Below are positions 1-13,141 of a stretch of 64,000 bases of DNA, piece by piece. The position numbers and the translations under genes are program-made. The stretch's first letter is position 1. The number at the start of each line of letters is the position of its first letter. This DNA is from Takakia lepidozioides (taxonomy: Eukaryota > Plantae > Bryophyta): assembly GCA_030704615.1 (NCBI GenBank), contig CM060731.1, positions 72,850,001 through 72,914,000 of the forward strand, read 5' to 3'. The notes under the pieces are model-generated. The model was not told where the DNA came from. It saw only the letters and a program-made list of their open reading frames with translations, and ran no database searches.

Positions 1-959
1 AAATAGGAGGTGATCATTTCCTCATGTCCCACTGATCAAGCATAATTTATTCATCTGGGTGGATGTGATTACAAAATGGAAATAATACATCTTCCTGGGG
101 CCTGGGAGGATAGATCGTGGTACCTCGAACATTTTCGTTAGTGTGCTTCCGTCTCAAACCTCCTGCAAGTGATCCAGACAAGTCTACACTCTCAATTCGA
201 CTTTGGTAGAAGCTTTGAACAGAAAAGGCAGCATCTTCGTTACCCACACGGTAGACTCCTCACCTTTGCAATATTGGAAGTTCAAAGGGTACTAGCAAGA
301 TTTGTTCTGTAATAGTTGGAGCTCTCAAGGAGGATTTTCTGGTGAATGTGACTTGACTCAGATTTGCAACCTAACCTCAGACCTTCTGGGAGTGGGTGGA
401 GGGAGGGAGACAGAAAGAATGGGATAGATATTTACAAGTCTTTGGGCCCCCCAATGTGCCAAGGGACACGAGATTTGGAGAGAGATTCAGCTACTTAAAA
501 CTCCTGGGCAGTGAGGGGGACTGGGATTTTTCTTCCCTGTCGAAAGGGAACAGTATCTGCAACTGCGCTTATATGTGTGGTCATAGGCAATAGGCCTTGT
601 GAAGGGACTGAGGAGTGGTGGTAATATGCAGGTGTTAGGGGGTGTGTACACTCTGCGCTTTGCTGTTGGGTCTTCTCGCACACAGCGGCGACATGTGAAA
701 GCCGCTTGGGCAGCCATACAAGTAGAGGCAGCTCATCTTTTGGCTGCCAACTAACACAAGATCGAAACGATTGCAACCTGGCAATCAAAGAAAGTAATTT
801 TTGATTCATGTTTCGGAGATGATGTTGGATCTGGCGTTAAAGAAAGGGGACAGGTTTCAAACCATTTTTAAATTGTTCGTGCATGGAAAATTTTGAGCCC
901 ACAAACTTATTCGGCCTTGAGAGCAAACGTGCATGCTACATTGATTTGCAATAAAGTAA

Positions 960-1345
960 TAATATGAACGTGACGTCTCCAAATGGAAGCGGAAATTATG
1001 GTGTCTCTTGACCCTGAAGGGCTACAGAGTGGACACCTTTGTGACACCAATTGGTGGGTTGAACCCACAACCACTTACTAGGTATATGGGCCCATTACCA
1101 CTGGGCTACAACTTGTTTGTTGCAATGAAGTATGATATCCAGTTTGACACCTTTGTGACACCAATTGGTGGATTGAACCCACAACCACTTCCTACGTATA
1201 TGGGCCCATTACCACTGGGCTACAACTTGGTTGGTGCAATAAAGTATGATAATCCAGTTTGCAGTCAGTGGCAACTAAGATTCTTTTTTAGGGCACAAGG
1301 CTTCGCGTTGCTCTGCACTACTAGCGGCGTCTTCCGAGAACAATG
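960..1345 (-). repeat. Interspersed repeat with two tandem 114-bp units, each containing a tRNA-like (Pol III A/B-box) core
   Basis: Units start at 1032 and 1146 and are near-identical. The minus strand reads TGTAGCCCAGTGGTAATGG...GTGGGTTCAACCCACC (A-box-like and B-box-like). Flanks AAATTATGGTGT...AGGGCTAC and GGCTTCGCGTTGCTC.GCACTAC recur at 41343-41580. Confidence 0.7.
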
Positions 1346-1565
1346 TCCAGATATATGGGGTAAATTCAAGTTATATGGAAAGATGAACATTAATATTCAT
1401 TTGACCGGTGTAATGATTGTGGCTCACTTTGATACATCTTGAAAAAAAAGAATGATTCTCTTGATAAATAATTGTCTTGATATTGATATTTGTTTTCAAT
1501 GTTTTACACAGTTTGTTCAATGATTTATCAAACTATGCTTGTAATACAATCGCTATTTTCTACTT

Positions 1566-1818
1566 GTAAAGGCCCAAGTGTCCACTTAAGTCCAAGTGCA
1601 ATCCCCTATGTATTCAGAGACCCTACAGTTTGGGAGATCTAGGGTAGCCTATGCCATTGGCATCGTGTGTGAAGAATTGAAATCTAAGCCCTAATGCAAT
1701 CTCCTATGTATCCAAGTCCTTCTCCCATGTAAAGGCCCAAGTGCGACCTCGTCCAATGTAATCTAAGTTCAAGTGCAATCCCCTATGCATCCAGAGACCA
1801 TGCAGTTTGGAAGATCTC
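1566..1818. repeat. Degenerate local direct repeat
   Basis: GTAAAGGCCCAAGTG...AAGTGCAATCCCCTATG.AT.CAGAGACC...CAGTTTGG.AGATCT occurs at ~1566-1640 and ~1729-1818, with a partial copy between them. Confidence 0.75.
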
Positions 1819-1904
1819 CACATCTTTGTTCCAACAAAACCCACTTAGCTATTTTTTTGTTGTGGAGGCAGGGGTGTCTCAGGATGCAGTAATGGATTGT
1901 GGGA

Positions 1905-2400
1905 CAGGATATCAAGCACACAAGTACCAATGAGGCATTCTGGGTTGATAGCTACAAGAAACCTGCATGGGTCGATGGTCAACCAGCAGCAACACAGTTG
2001 ATAGCGTCAGGTGACAGGCACCTCCACTATGGCCACTGCTGAAAGCTGAAAGAGGACCAAGAGAGGGAGTCCACAAGATCTCTTTTGGCACTTGTGGGCA
2101 TCTGAGGAAACTATGTGATGCAGGAGGACCATTTGAAGAGGCTGCACATTTTGAACCAAGGAGGCATTTCTATAGACTCTGATACATACGTGTGTCTCTT
2201 GCATAAGTGCATCAAGTTGAAAGGCCTAGCAGCAGGAAAGCAGGTCCATGCCCATATTATCCACAGTGGATTGAAGCCAAGCATATTTCTACGCAACACC
2301 CTTGTCAACATGTATGTCCAATGTGGGAGCATCGTGGATGCACAACGAGTGTTTCACAAAATGCCTGAATGAAATATGTTTTTGTGGACTTTAATGATGG
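1905..2400 (+). pseudogene. 5' relic of a PDF-motif/PLS-PPR gene (paralog of 14765-17116)
   Basis: Translates to DIKHTSTNEAFWVDSYKKPAWV (degenerate PDF motif), then LHILNQGGISIDSDTYVCLLHKC...GKQVHAHII...NTLVNMYVQCGSIVDAQRVFHKMPE*, collinear with the start of the PPR tract at 15450-15680. Stop at 2372, then truncated. Confidence 0.85.
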
Positions 2401-3869
2401 CAGGATCAGTTTAGGGTCCAGTCCTGACCTCAAAACTGACTGTGATTTAGGACAACTCAGACCATAAAAACAGGCTTCATATGAACTCGTACTTGAGGAA
2501 GATTATACGTGAGCCTGCCAGGACTGAAACTAAATCTTCAGATGTGAAGCGTTTGGCCGGACACATGACCAATTTATGTGCCATGGCTCTATCACTTGTC
2601 CACCTGACCTTCTGAACAGTTAAGGACATCTTCAGACTCATTCATAACAATGGTGCAGTCCAACTATGTATCAGCCTCTCCTTGCTGACATCCATCATAT
2701 CTTATGGGTATTGCATTATAAGCTCTATATCTCTCACCCGAATACCATTTGCCCACCTCTTATATATATTTAATCTGGCTTACTGTTCCTTTGAATAAAC
2801 TTCTTTGTTGCAAAATGTAGTGTCATCTCCACAATGTACGTCTCTCAACCTAACAAACGAAGCAAAACAGCATCTTGATCCTCAACTAAATAATACCAAC
2901 TATAAAATGTCATTATATTATAGGTGAGGGTTGCAAAATCTATACAGAGGAACAATTCAATGTCGATTTAGAACAAAAACAGGAAATTCCATTTGAAGAC
3001 AACTCTACTGAAATCTACAGCCAATTTTCATCCAACCCACATTATGCAGTAATATCGGTAACTCTTTAAAATGCCTACCCTATAATACCAATTTTCATAG
3101 TGCGATCAATATACGAAGCAAGACATTTGTTTTGTTTCGTTTAGTTTTTTAGTTTTGTAGTGTCGTTGAGATCTCCCAAACTCTCCCAAACCGCCCCGGA
3201 GCCCCAGCCCTGGTGCTTGTTGCCGTTGAAAGCCCTTGATGAGGAGGGGTGCACCGGCTGGGTCTCATAATTTTTGAACAAGAAGTGTGGGAGATGTGGA
3301 ATTTCAAGTGCTTTTGGTCGCCGGAAATTCACGAAAAATAGCAAAGTGGGCTTTCCTAGAGCAATGATTGGCCCTTCATGTGGGAGATTTGGAATTTCAA
3401 GTACTTCTGGTCGCTGGATATTCTCGAAAAATAGCACGGTGGATATATCAATATTAGTAGATCCTCCCCCTACTGCTAGAAGCTGATATGACAGCACAAA
3501 ATCTACCTAGCAAATACCCTACCCCTACTTATCATACAACTAGTTTCTGCAAACTTGACAATTTCCAAGAAAGCTTTTGGATGCATCTTGTTATCTGCTC
3601 CAGCTTCAACATGACAGGCTTCACCTATCTGCCACGATTGTCCCACCATTGACTGGGATTGGAGAAATATTCCTTCCAAAGCTTCACCTCGCCTTTATAT
3701 TCAGTTTTTTGATATTTGCCTGTGATCCCATTGGCATTAACATGTCAAACACACTCGGAACCGCCATAGATCCACCCGACAAGCTACCTTAAAACAACCA
3801 TGATGACAAAGTAGGGAGGAATCTGATGAGGGAAAAACAAGCCCATTTATGAGTTGAAGAAGGTGTCCT

Positions 3870-4010
3870 CACCACATTGTCCTTGAACTTGTGTCATGGC
3901 AGCAGCTAGTTTTTCTTCCACCCAAGGAGGATTCAACCAACCCTCAATCCAAAGGACCTCTTAGGCATGTTGCTTATGTCTATAGTCCAGCGATCTTTGT
4001 AGCTGTCTTT
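3870..4010 (-). pseudogene. Isolated PDF-motif exon relic
   Basis: Minus strand gives QRSLDYRHKQHA*EVLWIEGWLNPPWVEEKLAAA, which aligns to QRSPDFRHKRTNKVLWIEGWSNPHWVKTKLSA at 15019-15115. Confidence 0.75.
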
Positions 4011-7000
4011 GAAAACCATCAGGACGCAGCTGGGCAGCCATAGTACACAGCATCTAAGACCAAACTGATCAATCACTTATAAACACAAGGAAAAGTACAT
4101 GCGCAACGTTTATTCATGGTCTACTTAACACCCTCTGAAACTAGTAGTAAGTGCAAATTTTGCAGAACGGACCAACTCCTTGACATCATACATGAAGAAA
4201 GTCTTACTTGGTCAGCGTAGTCGTCCCACCATTGTGAAGGATTTTTAAAGAACTCTTGCCAGCGCTGAGGGAATTTGAGGGTAGCCTGACAGGCTGAATC
4301 AAGTACCGCAGGATCAAGTTAACATCCACACCATCCAATTCTTACTCAGAAATTCCGATGAATCTACCCTAAGTGCATTCCAAGTGGATTTCTGGAATTT
4401 CAGGGTAGCTTCTGTCCAGGAATCCCTGACTAGATTACAAATGGAAAACGCACCTGACATGGCTTAAATTTCTGCAGACTTGCTTGCCCCACAGCTGTTC
4501 TGCTCGCACCAGTGCAGTTGCAACATCAAAAAGAAATTTACAGTCTGCATGCTAGCCTAACACCTCACAAATATACCTTCCTCCAAGAGGGACATCATGC
4601 AGCAAATGTATGGCTCTTCTCTACCCGGATTTACTTCAGAGGCAGGCCTCAGAGGCAGGTTTGCTGGTTAACAAGGACCTTCATGCTGGTGACTTGGCCA
4701 GGAGAGATTGTTGGCAAGGATACTGCAGTTAATTGGCTTCTCTGACTTGTCATCCTCAAAGCCGAGTCTTTGAAAGGAGAGATCCGGTCCAATGCCCGGC
4801 GTCCCTCCTTGAACCTTTAGGTCAGATGAAGCGTCGTCCACTGTGAAGGATCTAACCTGTCCAAGCATCCCTTGTGACATGCACATCACTGGAGCATGAA
4901 CAACTACAGGGCGTTGCACGAAAGCCAATACCATGAGTGTGGCCTGGAGTTCTGGGGCAGACACTTTTGGTGGACACAGGTGTAGAAGCCTCTGTCAACA
5001 AAGAAGGCACTGCAAAGCCTTGGGAGCTTGCTTGGCCAACAGAATCTGATTGCAGGGTGCTGGCCCACGGGCCTGCACAGAGCCTGCACAGAGCCTGCAC
5101 AGTCGATGACAAGAGAACTTCAGGATCTTCTACAGAAACAAATAAGAGATATAGATCTGCCTGGGCATGACTTTCAAGTTTTTCATAGGCATCTATTGGC
5201 TAGTACTCCATCTGGGGATTCAGATCATGGCTGTAGCTGACAAAATAGGAAATCTCTGGTTTGCAAATTCTGAGGTAATCAATTCAGGTCGATGCAAGTA
5301 AGAATCATGATGGAAGGACAGGGACTACCAAACGGTCCTGCATCTCTTCCTCTTCTTCAGGCCCCGTTGAAGTGACGCCATTTATTTTGACAAGCGCTGC
5401 ATGCTCCTCATATCTCCCACCCTGGAACCTAATTCCAAATTTCTTCTGCCCTCCTACAAGTAAGTTAGTACTTGAAGGTGGGCGAACTTTAAGAGACACA
5501 TTTGATCAGATTGAACTCCAAGAAACAAGAAGGTTTCAACTTTCACTGCCAGTTTTCACATTCCTGAACTGCATGCAATGGGATCTTTTCTTTACATCCC
5601 TTTCTGCACTCCAGCTTTCTCTCCCTACTAAAATACCATCACCATTGAACCCTATGATGGCACTTCGAGGTACAGAATTTGCAAGTCTGTGAGCCAGGTA
5701 TACGAAAACTGAACATCGACAATGCTTTGAGGCAAAAGAACAAAATGTTAACCAGTGCCAGGGATGTAGGTTCTTTACTGACGCAGCAACCTGGTCACAC
5801 ACATCACTAAAGAAGCTGTCTGAAAACCCGGTCCATGACAAACTGCTAAGCAGCTAGAGCTCACACAAACCCCAACAGCTTAGAAGAAACCAGTCACATA
5901 CCGAAAGAGCTTTGAGAGGTCTATGTAACGACTTGAAAGATTGAACGCGGATGGGAGGAAAAGTTCCCTACTGGAGGTGCAGCTACAGCTCGTTGATCTC
6001 TATTTCCAACAATCCTTAGTCAATTTCTTGACCTCTTTCGCTGGGAACAGGATACAGCCAAGCATACAGAGCGTGTACTCCTTCTCTGTTTCTAGCTGGG
6101 GTGAATGCCCCCTCCATAGAAGATGCTTCTCCGGGATGTAATTGCCAGCTGAAGTACACCTGAGACATTAAAACTGTTCTTCGAGCTTCCTGCATTCTTA
6201 TTCATCTGCACATGTGTATGCGACAATGTTGCCAGCTGCACTGGTGTCCGTTGCATCCGATTCCTTCAAAGTGGGTGGGTATCTGGGAGTTTTTATGTCT
6301 CCTTGACGAATTTGGTTCTGGGAGAAGATTGAGCTTGGAATCCTCAGCCAGTCCCCAATTTGTCTAGGGGGAGTCCCCGCCACGAGGGTGTTCCGAATAC
6401 CAAGGTATACCCGAGGGGTGTGGACGTGTGGACTCCCGCTGCAGCCAGTGACCGCGATTTTTTTCTTTCAGCGTTTCTATTATCCCATATCAATTGCCCT
6501 ACTTAAGGACTCGATTGGGTATTTAAAGTGGTGCGGTCTGCGGACGGGGGTAAGGGCGTGGCCCTCGGGCATTCACTCTGTTTGAGGGCTGACACCAGCC
6601 TCGGGTTCGGTTGGCTGCCCGAACGCTGGGCCAAGGCGTTTCGCCCTCGCCCTGAAATGCGGGTTTTCTGCTTGGAAAGGTGCCCTACAAATATAAAGAG
6701 AAAATTAGGCCAGGGCTTTACGTATTAGGTGAAGTCCTGCAACGAGGGCTTTACGCGATTCAGGATTCCCACTCCCCAGGGCGTGGGAAATTAGGCCAGG
6801 ACGTCCTGAATCGGGTAAGGCCCGAGTTACAGGACTGTTTCAGCTTTTTCCCTCAAAGGAAACCAGTGACTTAAGCCTGTGAATCTACGCCCCAGCCTGG
6901 CAGGTAGATTACAGGATCGTGTAACTCACTCTACAGCCTGGCGGGTAACTTACTGGCCAGCCTGGCGCTTGCATTGCAGCGTTCCCTGTGCGTTCTTCAC

Positions 7001-7854
7001 ACACGGTAAGCCTCCGTGTGGAGGGGATTATTGGAATGAGCCCCACCAGGGATTCACTCGGAGGCTTACCCTACACTTGACTCACGTAAAAACTGCATTG
7101 TAGACGGGGTGAAAAGAAAACTACCTGCCTATTTGCCCATAATGTGAGATTACGGGCCGAGCCCATGGGCTCCACGGCGTAACGGGATTTTATGCTATTT
7201 AAAGCCCACCCAAACTACACTAGCTAGGTTTTTACAAAATAAAAAAATGTTGTGCAACATCCACGGTGTGTGACCACTCTGTGCTCAAGCATGCGGACAT
7301 CATCATCCCTTCCCTACCCTCCAACACACCTCTCCAGGTTATTTTCGGGCATTTTGGGCAGGTTCTTAAGAAAAATGAGGACAATGACTTAACACTATGG
7401 CACCCTATTCACGCTCAACGCTACACTAGCTCTCGACCTTCCGTAGTCGCTAGAATTTGATGCAATCCACTCCTATCTTCTTAAGTGATTTGAGATCATT
7501 GGCAACTCTAGACATCTTGTATCCAATGGGCACCTCAAGCCCATGTAACTCTTCAAATCACAAGGCCATATCATAAAGTGCTCATGTCATTTTGGATGAA
7601 AGTCCAGTTTTACTTTATTGAAAGCCCTAGACAAACTTTTTGAGTTGACTGGTGTTGCCTTAGCCAATATGTTTTAAAGCCTTGTGGCTACATTCAATGA
7701 GTATTCAGCACACAACATCCCTACTATTCAAGAATCAGAAAGACTAGTTTCCGTGTGGGCCCAATTGAGAGAGAAACCAAGCTTGACAATGTGACAATTG
7801 TTGTCTGAGATTAAGACAAGAACGTTTGAACGAAACAATTCATGTTTCCATCTT

Positions 7855-10800
7855 CTACTTTTCAAAAGTGGGAACAGTAAATCCAGTTGCAACATCTAAC
7901 CAGCTCCGTTTCGTAATGTTAACTGTCCCCACAGATACAATGCGAACCTTACACGTAAATGGTATCTCTCCACTAGCTTCAATGGCATCCTCTGACCGAG
8001 TAGCTCGACTCTCTATGGCTTCCACTCTGTCCGTAGACTCTTGGCCAACGAAAGAGAAAAGACCTGGTTCGTCAGTGGAGCAAAGGTTTGGTATCTCCTC
8101 TTCAAAATTCTGGGCTCCATGGTACTCCACCTTCATGTCCCATTCCAACAACGTTTAGTACCTAGACATCGCAGTTATTACAATAATTGAAATCAAACCC
8201 CCTCACAGTAAGATATTTTGTCCTTAACCATGTGAACAGGTTTTCGCGAAGAATCCCCACCACCACACGATTATCTCCCACCTCAAACATCACACTTGCA
8301 CTCCCCAGTAGAACAAGATCAACTTCTCCAACAACATGAGATGTGAACAGACACCCTGATTATTTTAGTTCCCTCCTCAAATAGCCCAATTGCACACACT
8401 CACAGGACAATCACTTTTGAACGAGTTACACCATTGTGGAGACATCCAAAGTCTCCATCCCTTTGTTTGACAAGGAGAGATTTGTGCAATGGAAGAGCAA
8501 GCAGCGTATGCAACAAGCGGAAACATTGAACGTCGAAGGATGCTCCTACCTCTGCAGTGAGTTGATTGGAGAAGTACAATGTCACATTCCCCTCACCTGA
8601 ATCAATTTCAACCTGAAAGAAGAGACTCTAATTGTCAACTCTAGCCAAAGAGCACTTTTATTTAACGTCATATTTCCCTCATCCAAATCAATTCAACCTG
8701 AAAACAAAGAGACTCTCATCATCAACTCAGCCAAAGAGCACTTTTACTTAGATCTTACAAAGCTAAAAATAGTAGTCTGTTCTTTAAATAGTATACAAAA
8801 CCATCATAGTAAAGCTTTTACTAACACTCAATGAAGAACACCATAGAGAACCACTTACCTCTCTTGCATGCTCATGTAGTTGTATATCCACACTGCCTCC
8901 CTTCGTCAAAAATCTTGCCTTCCTGGAGTAAACCCCAATGTCAAAAACTTTTTTGATATGAATTGTCTAGTGAGTCCATACTACTGACGATTATGTGATA
9001 TCGCACAAGATAGCGAAGGCCAAAACTAGTTCCAAGATGGCATTAAATAAAGACAGACTATGACAAACAGCAACATATCACTTTTTATATTTGATAATGA
9101 AACATGAGGGAATGAACCCTACTAGATGTGGTTACATCGAGGCCCAACAAGGGGCGGCCCAGTAAAATCCACATGTGCATCTAGGGCATACACATGTTTT
9201 GAACGACCCACAGCTGGAGGAGATGCAATTCTGTTTTGGGGCTAGAACTCACCCATCAAATCCACTCACATTGACATTTCCACCTTCTGTTGAAACCTGT
9301 AAAACAAAATGAATTATGAGAACCATAGTTGTGCTAGATATGAGAAATGTGAAGAAGTCAAGGATTCTCTTCATACCCACCGTTAACACTCCCCCTTCTG
9401 TTCTTCCTTTGGACATTTGGCCCTTCAATATGACTGCCATACTCACTGGGCTATAGCAGCAATGTTGAAATCAACAATTGTTCAAACCAGCTCATAAATC
9501 AACCTGAACTTCTTCCTCCCCGCTAAAAGCAATTTCTCGATCAGGTGCATAAACCTGATGGGTTGACCATAACTAACAAATGTGTACACTGCACTGGGTG
9601 GTTCCTAGGGGTGGTGGTCCTTATAGTTTTCGATCTTCTGCATAATAGATTGCTGGCAAGAAAAGACCACCTAGATACTGAACAGTGGTCCATTGAGAGT
9701 TGCTCTCAAGTCAACGTGGGGCCTCACTAATTGAGCACCCATTTGGTCAGCATTAAGGTCCTTAAGAACCTTCCCTCTCAGCGACATGAAATACGCACAA
9801 GAGCCAAATGCTCCGCTTGAATATGTTTCGCCCCCACCGAGCCACCGCTAGATGCCAATCGTACATCTGTACATAGAAGATTGTACATTAGTGTACCCCC
9901 ATGTTTGTAGAATGTGTGGTCACGAAGAAACGTGGTAGAGGGCAGAACATAAGCAGGTTGCAAATGACAAGGGGGAGGTTAGGTTTTGACCGTTGCTGTA
10001 TAATGAGCCAATCCTGATGTCACCTCCACCGGTTTCCAAGTCTATGCTTGTGCCCACCAGTTTGCCAATTGACACATCACCTCCACCTGTCCTTACTACA
10101 GAATCTGCTGACACCTGTGATAACACACACTTCCAGTTGTTAAAGCATACTGTTGCCGTCCTGAGTGTTTTTTCACAATACTACAGGCATTCAGATGTTT
10201 CCATGGAGCGAAAATGCAGCCACCATACAGGTGGCAGCTTTGTTCTGCCTATAAAGGGATAGAGACATGTGCATAAAACAGCTTGTGCTTAATAGCCAAA
10301 TCCACTACGTATATAACCTGTTACTGTCATAAAATGCATTCAGTTATAGCCCCATCAATGTCCTTGGCCCATTATTTTTGCAATAGGTGTGGTACTACAA
10401 TCTACACAATGGACATCCAAAGATAGGGAGTTGGTAGCTTGAGAACTAGCAAAGCTGAATGTACCGCTTGAGCCGTAAAAGAACCTCCATTGGAATCAAT
10501 GCATGCCGTGCTTCCCTTCAGCTCCCCTTACAAAAACGAGTTGGCACACATGAGTGCTCATATCATCCACTACCAAATGATTCACCAAAAACTTCACAAA
10601 TGCGAAGTAAAACATTTCATATCTCAGGATTTGGCTAACCTCAGAGCCTTTACTCACATGTGCTCAATAAACCAAAAGGCTTACCGAGTGTAATGTCTCC
10701 CCCGAGAGTTTTCACACTCAGACTCCCTTCCCGCTGCATCATAAATAATAAACAAGGCCTTCAACAACCGTGCAACTAAGCCAGAATTAGTCAGCTGACC

Positions 10801-13141
10801 TCTCTTACAGACGAAAAGACCTGTAAGGACAGCACAATCTATGTGCAAAAGATGCCAATTTTTTCTAACCATAACTGAGATAGCACACTCCCACCCTAGA
10901 GAAGAAGTATACTTAACAACAGTGCATTCAATTACTTACTCTACTGACTTACTACACCACATTCGACACCTCACCAGGTGTCTAAAACTTGGTTCTGAAA
11001 TGACTCTTTCTGACTCATATTGGTCCTCTTTCCATTATTTATGGACCTCACTTTGCAATGGTCTACCTTGCATTGGCGCATTGAGTACGGACTAATTGCA
11101 GTGAATCATGTATGTTTAATGTATGGATCATCCAGAAGAATACTACTGCTCATTACTCTGCAGAATTGAGAGAAAGAAGCTGAGAGTGAAACGAACCAGG
11201 CTCTGGATTTGAACAGGGCAATGCCCAGCCTCCACAGCTAGGCTGCACCACCGTGCAGGTATAACTGTCCTCACTGCAATCGGGCCTTCTGTGCTCGCTG
11301 CAAGCTTCCTTACCCCTTCCCCAGCACATTGTTTTTCTTATCTAAAGAAAGTTTGATTGATAACCACTTGCCAACCTTGCCTTTGCAGGGTAGTAATAAC
11401 TGTAAGACTCAAGAGCTAAGGGTCATTAATTTCACATTAGGCAGGTCCAATGTCTCCAATTATTTGCTGTGACAGCACAAGAAAAGCAGATACTACATAC
11501 TATGTTGTGGCATGAACTTGGGCTGTGGGTCTGGGTGATCAGTATTAACATGCTTTGCAATAAACTTCCCAAACTAGTGGGATCTTATCAGACTTTAAGA
11601 AGAAACTCACAGACAATATTTTGCGCCGTAGAAATATTCAGGAAAGTCCAGTCACCGTCTGCAATCCCTGCCTTCTTATGAACCTGCAAGCATCAATTGG
11701 TCGTGCAAGAGCTCAGCACCATGAAATAGTTATAAACGTTTGCTAGGCCGGCATCCATGCAAGATGCTCCCCCTGCTTGCAAGCCATTCACAAATCTTCC
11801 AGCAAGTTGTTGAAGACCTACGTTTCTAGACTGCAAATCTTTGTACAAGTACGGAGCTCTTAAATGATATTGTTTTGAAGTAAGAACTTTGAACCCAATG
11901 CTATATAGGTGTTATACCACCAAAGTCATTCATGTAAAAGGAGGTGGGCTTCATACCTCAAGAACAATTTCTTCCAGGCTGTCCCCTACGCTTACATTCA
12001 CACCGACATCTGTTCCAAACAAATCTATCTGTACCATGTTTCAGCAGACTACTTAGCTTCAAGCACCATACATAGGATGGAAAACTGTTAGCCATTAGTC
12101 TTGGCAAACAATCCTATGAAAGTGTGCACCTTCCATGACTTGATATGGGATCAACACTGAAGAGTTTTGTAGTCAATGTGTGTATAATGTACCAGAACTG
12201 AATGGTTGAGCACAGAATTCCTGTAGGCAACAGTAATCACCATGTGCTCGATAATTCCATATCACAGACTGAAATGATTGAGATTCCCATTCTTGCAAGC
12301 AGAGTACGTACATCTGAGGGTCAGGACCAAACGGGTTTCATTGCAGAATGCTCGTGTCCAGACATAGAAATTTCAGTCTCTGGAGTAGATCCTGGCAGAT
12401 CTCAGGGCGAATTCTGGCTTGGCGTGACCACTCTACCAATTATACAAATCTATTCTATAAAGAAAGAATTCAAGGTACTTGAATTTGTTCTCAATCGTGG
12501 AGGATACCTTCAAGAGAGCTCCAACCGTGACTGGAATTCGCCTGACTATGGGCTGGGCAGCCTGAACCTGCATGTCCATGCTTGTGCTTGAGAGCCGCCT
12601 GCTCCTGTCCATTGCTGGAATCGTGGAATTGGCAAGTCTGGACAGAAATCCTGAGGACGCCAAAAAGGCTTTTACCTATTTTATTAGACGTTAAGAACTA
12701 CTTCCCAGGATCATAATTTATTCTTCTTTATGATCTGTAAGTGATGGCCTTCCCTTGTTTTTTCTCTGCATTTATGGTCTCCATCTCTATTCCAGCTTCA
12801 GACAGTGGGACGTACAGTTCATTTAGGGAAGCCTGCTCATGTTTAAAAAAGAGGGCTTCTGCTAGGTGAATGGGTGGGACTCAATCACCCCTAGCAACGG
12901 AATTTTGTAACCATGCAGCTGCTCCTCTCGTGGAGAAACCGGCCGAGAAGAAGAATGGAGACATACCGGCGGTGTCCCATTGCATTGTATGACTACAGCT
13001 TCTGACCGTCGAAACGGAGTGGCAGTGACCAGGGTAGTGAACAGGGTACTTGCATTCCCATTGACCCACATCGCCCCTGGTGGTCCTTATCGCAGCAAGA
13101 CTACGCTTGACACATCCCCACTTCACACCCCGCACCTGCAC
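7855..13141 (-). CDS. Multi-exon DUF4097/adhesin-repeat (FAM185A-like) protein, probably organelle-targeted; 5' end and some exon joins uncertain
   Basis: Short GT-AG exons encode repeated beta units: REGSLSVKTLGGDITL (~10685-10733), VSADSVVRTGGGDVSIGKLVGTSIDLETGGGDIRIGSLYSN (~9992-10114), DVRLASSGGSVGAKHI (~9797-9867), VSTEGGNVNVSGFDG (~9252-9296), KARFLTKGGSVDIQL (~8860-8922), VEIDSGEGNVTLYF (~8550-8613). C-terminus is VRIVSVGTVNITKRSWLD...* (7855). Confidence 0.65.

Noticed and set aside
1041-1224. Functional tRNA genes, or a protein from ORF 1008-1442
   Set aside because: No clean cloverleaf or anticodon arm could be drawn; the ORF merely translates the tandem repeat.
4500-6400. Degraded minus-strand coding region (possibly retroelement ORF1)
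   Set aside because: Looks coding-like, but no motif could be recognised with confidence.
6440-7230. GC-rich MITE-like segment with short repeats (AAATTAGGCCAGG x2, CAGCCTGGC x3)
   Set aside because: No TIR pair or TSD could be defined.
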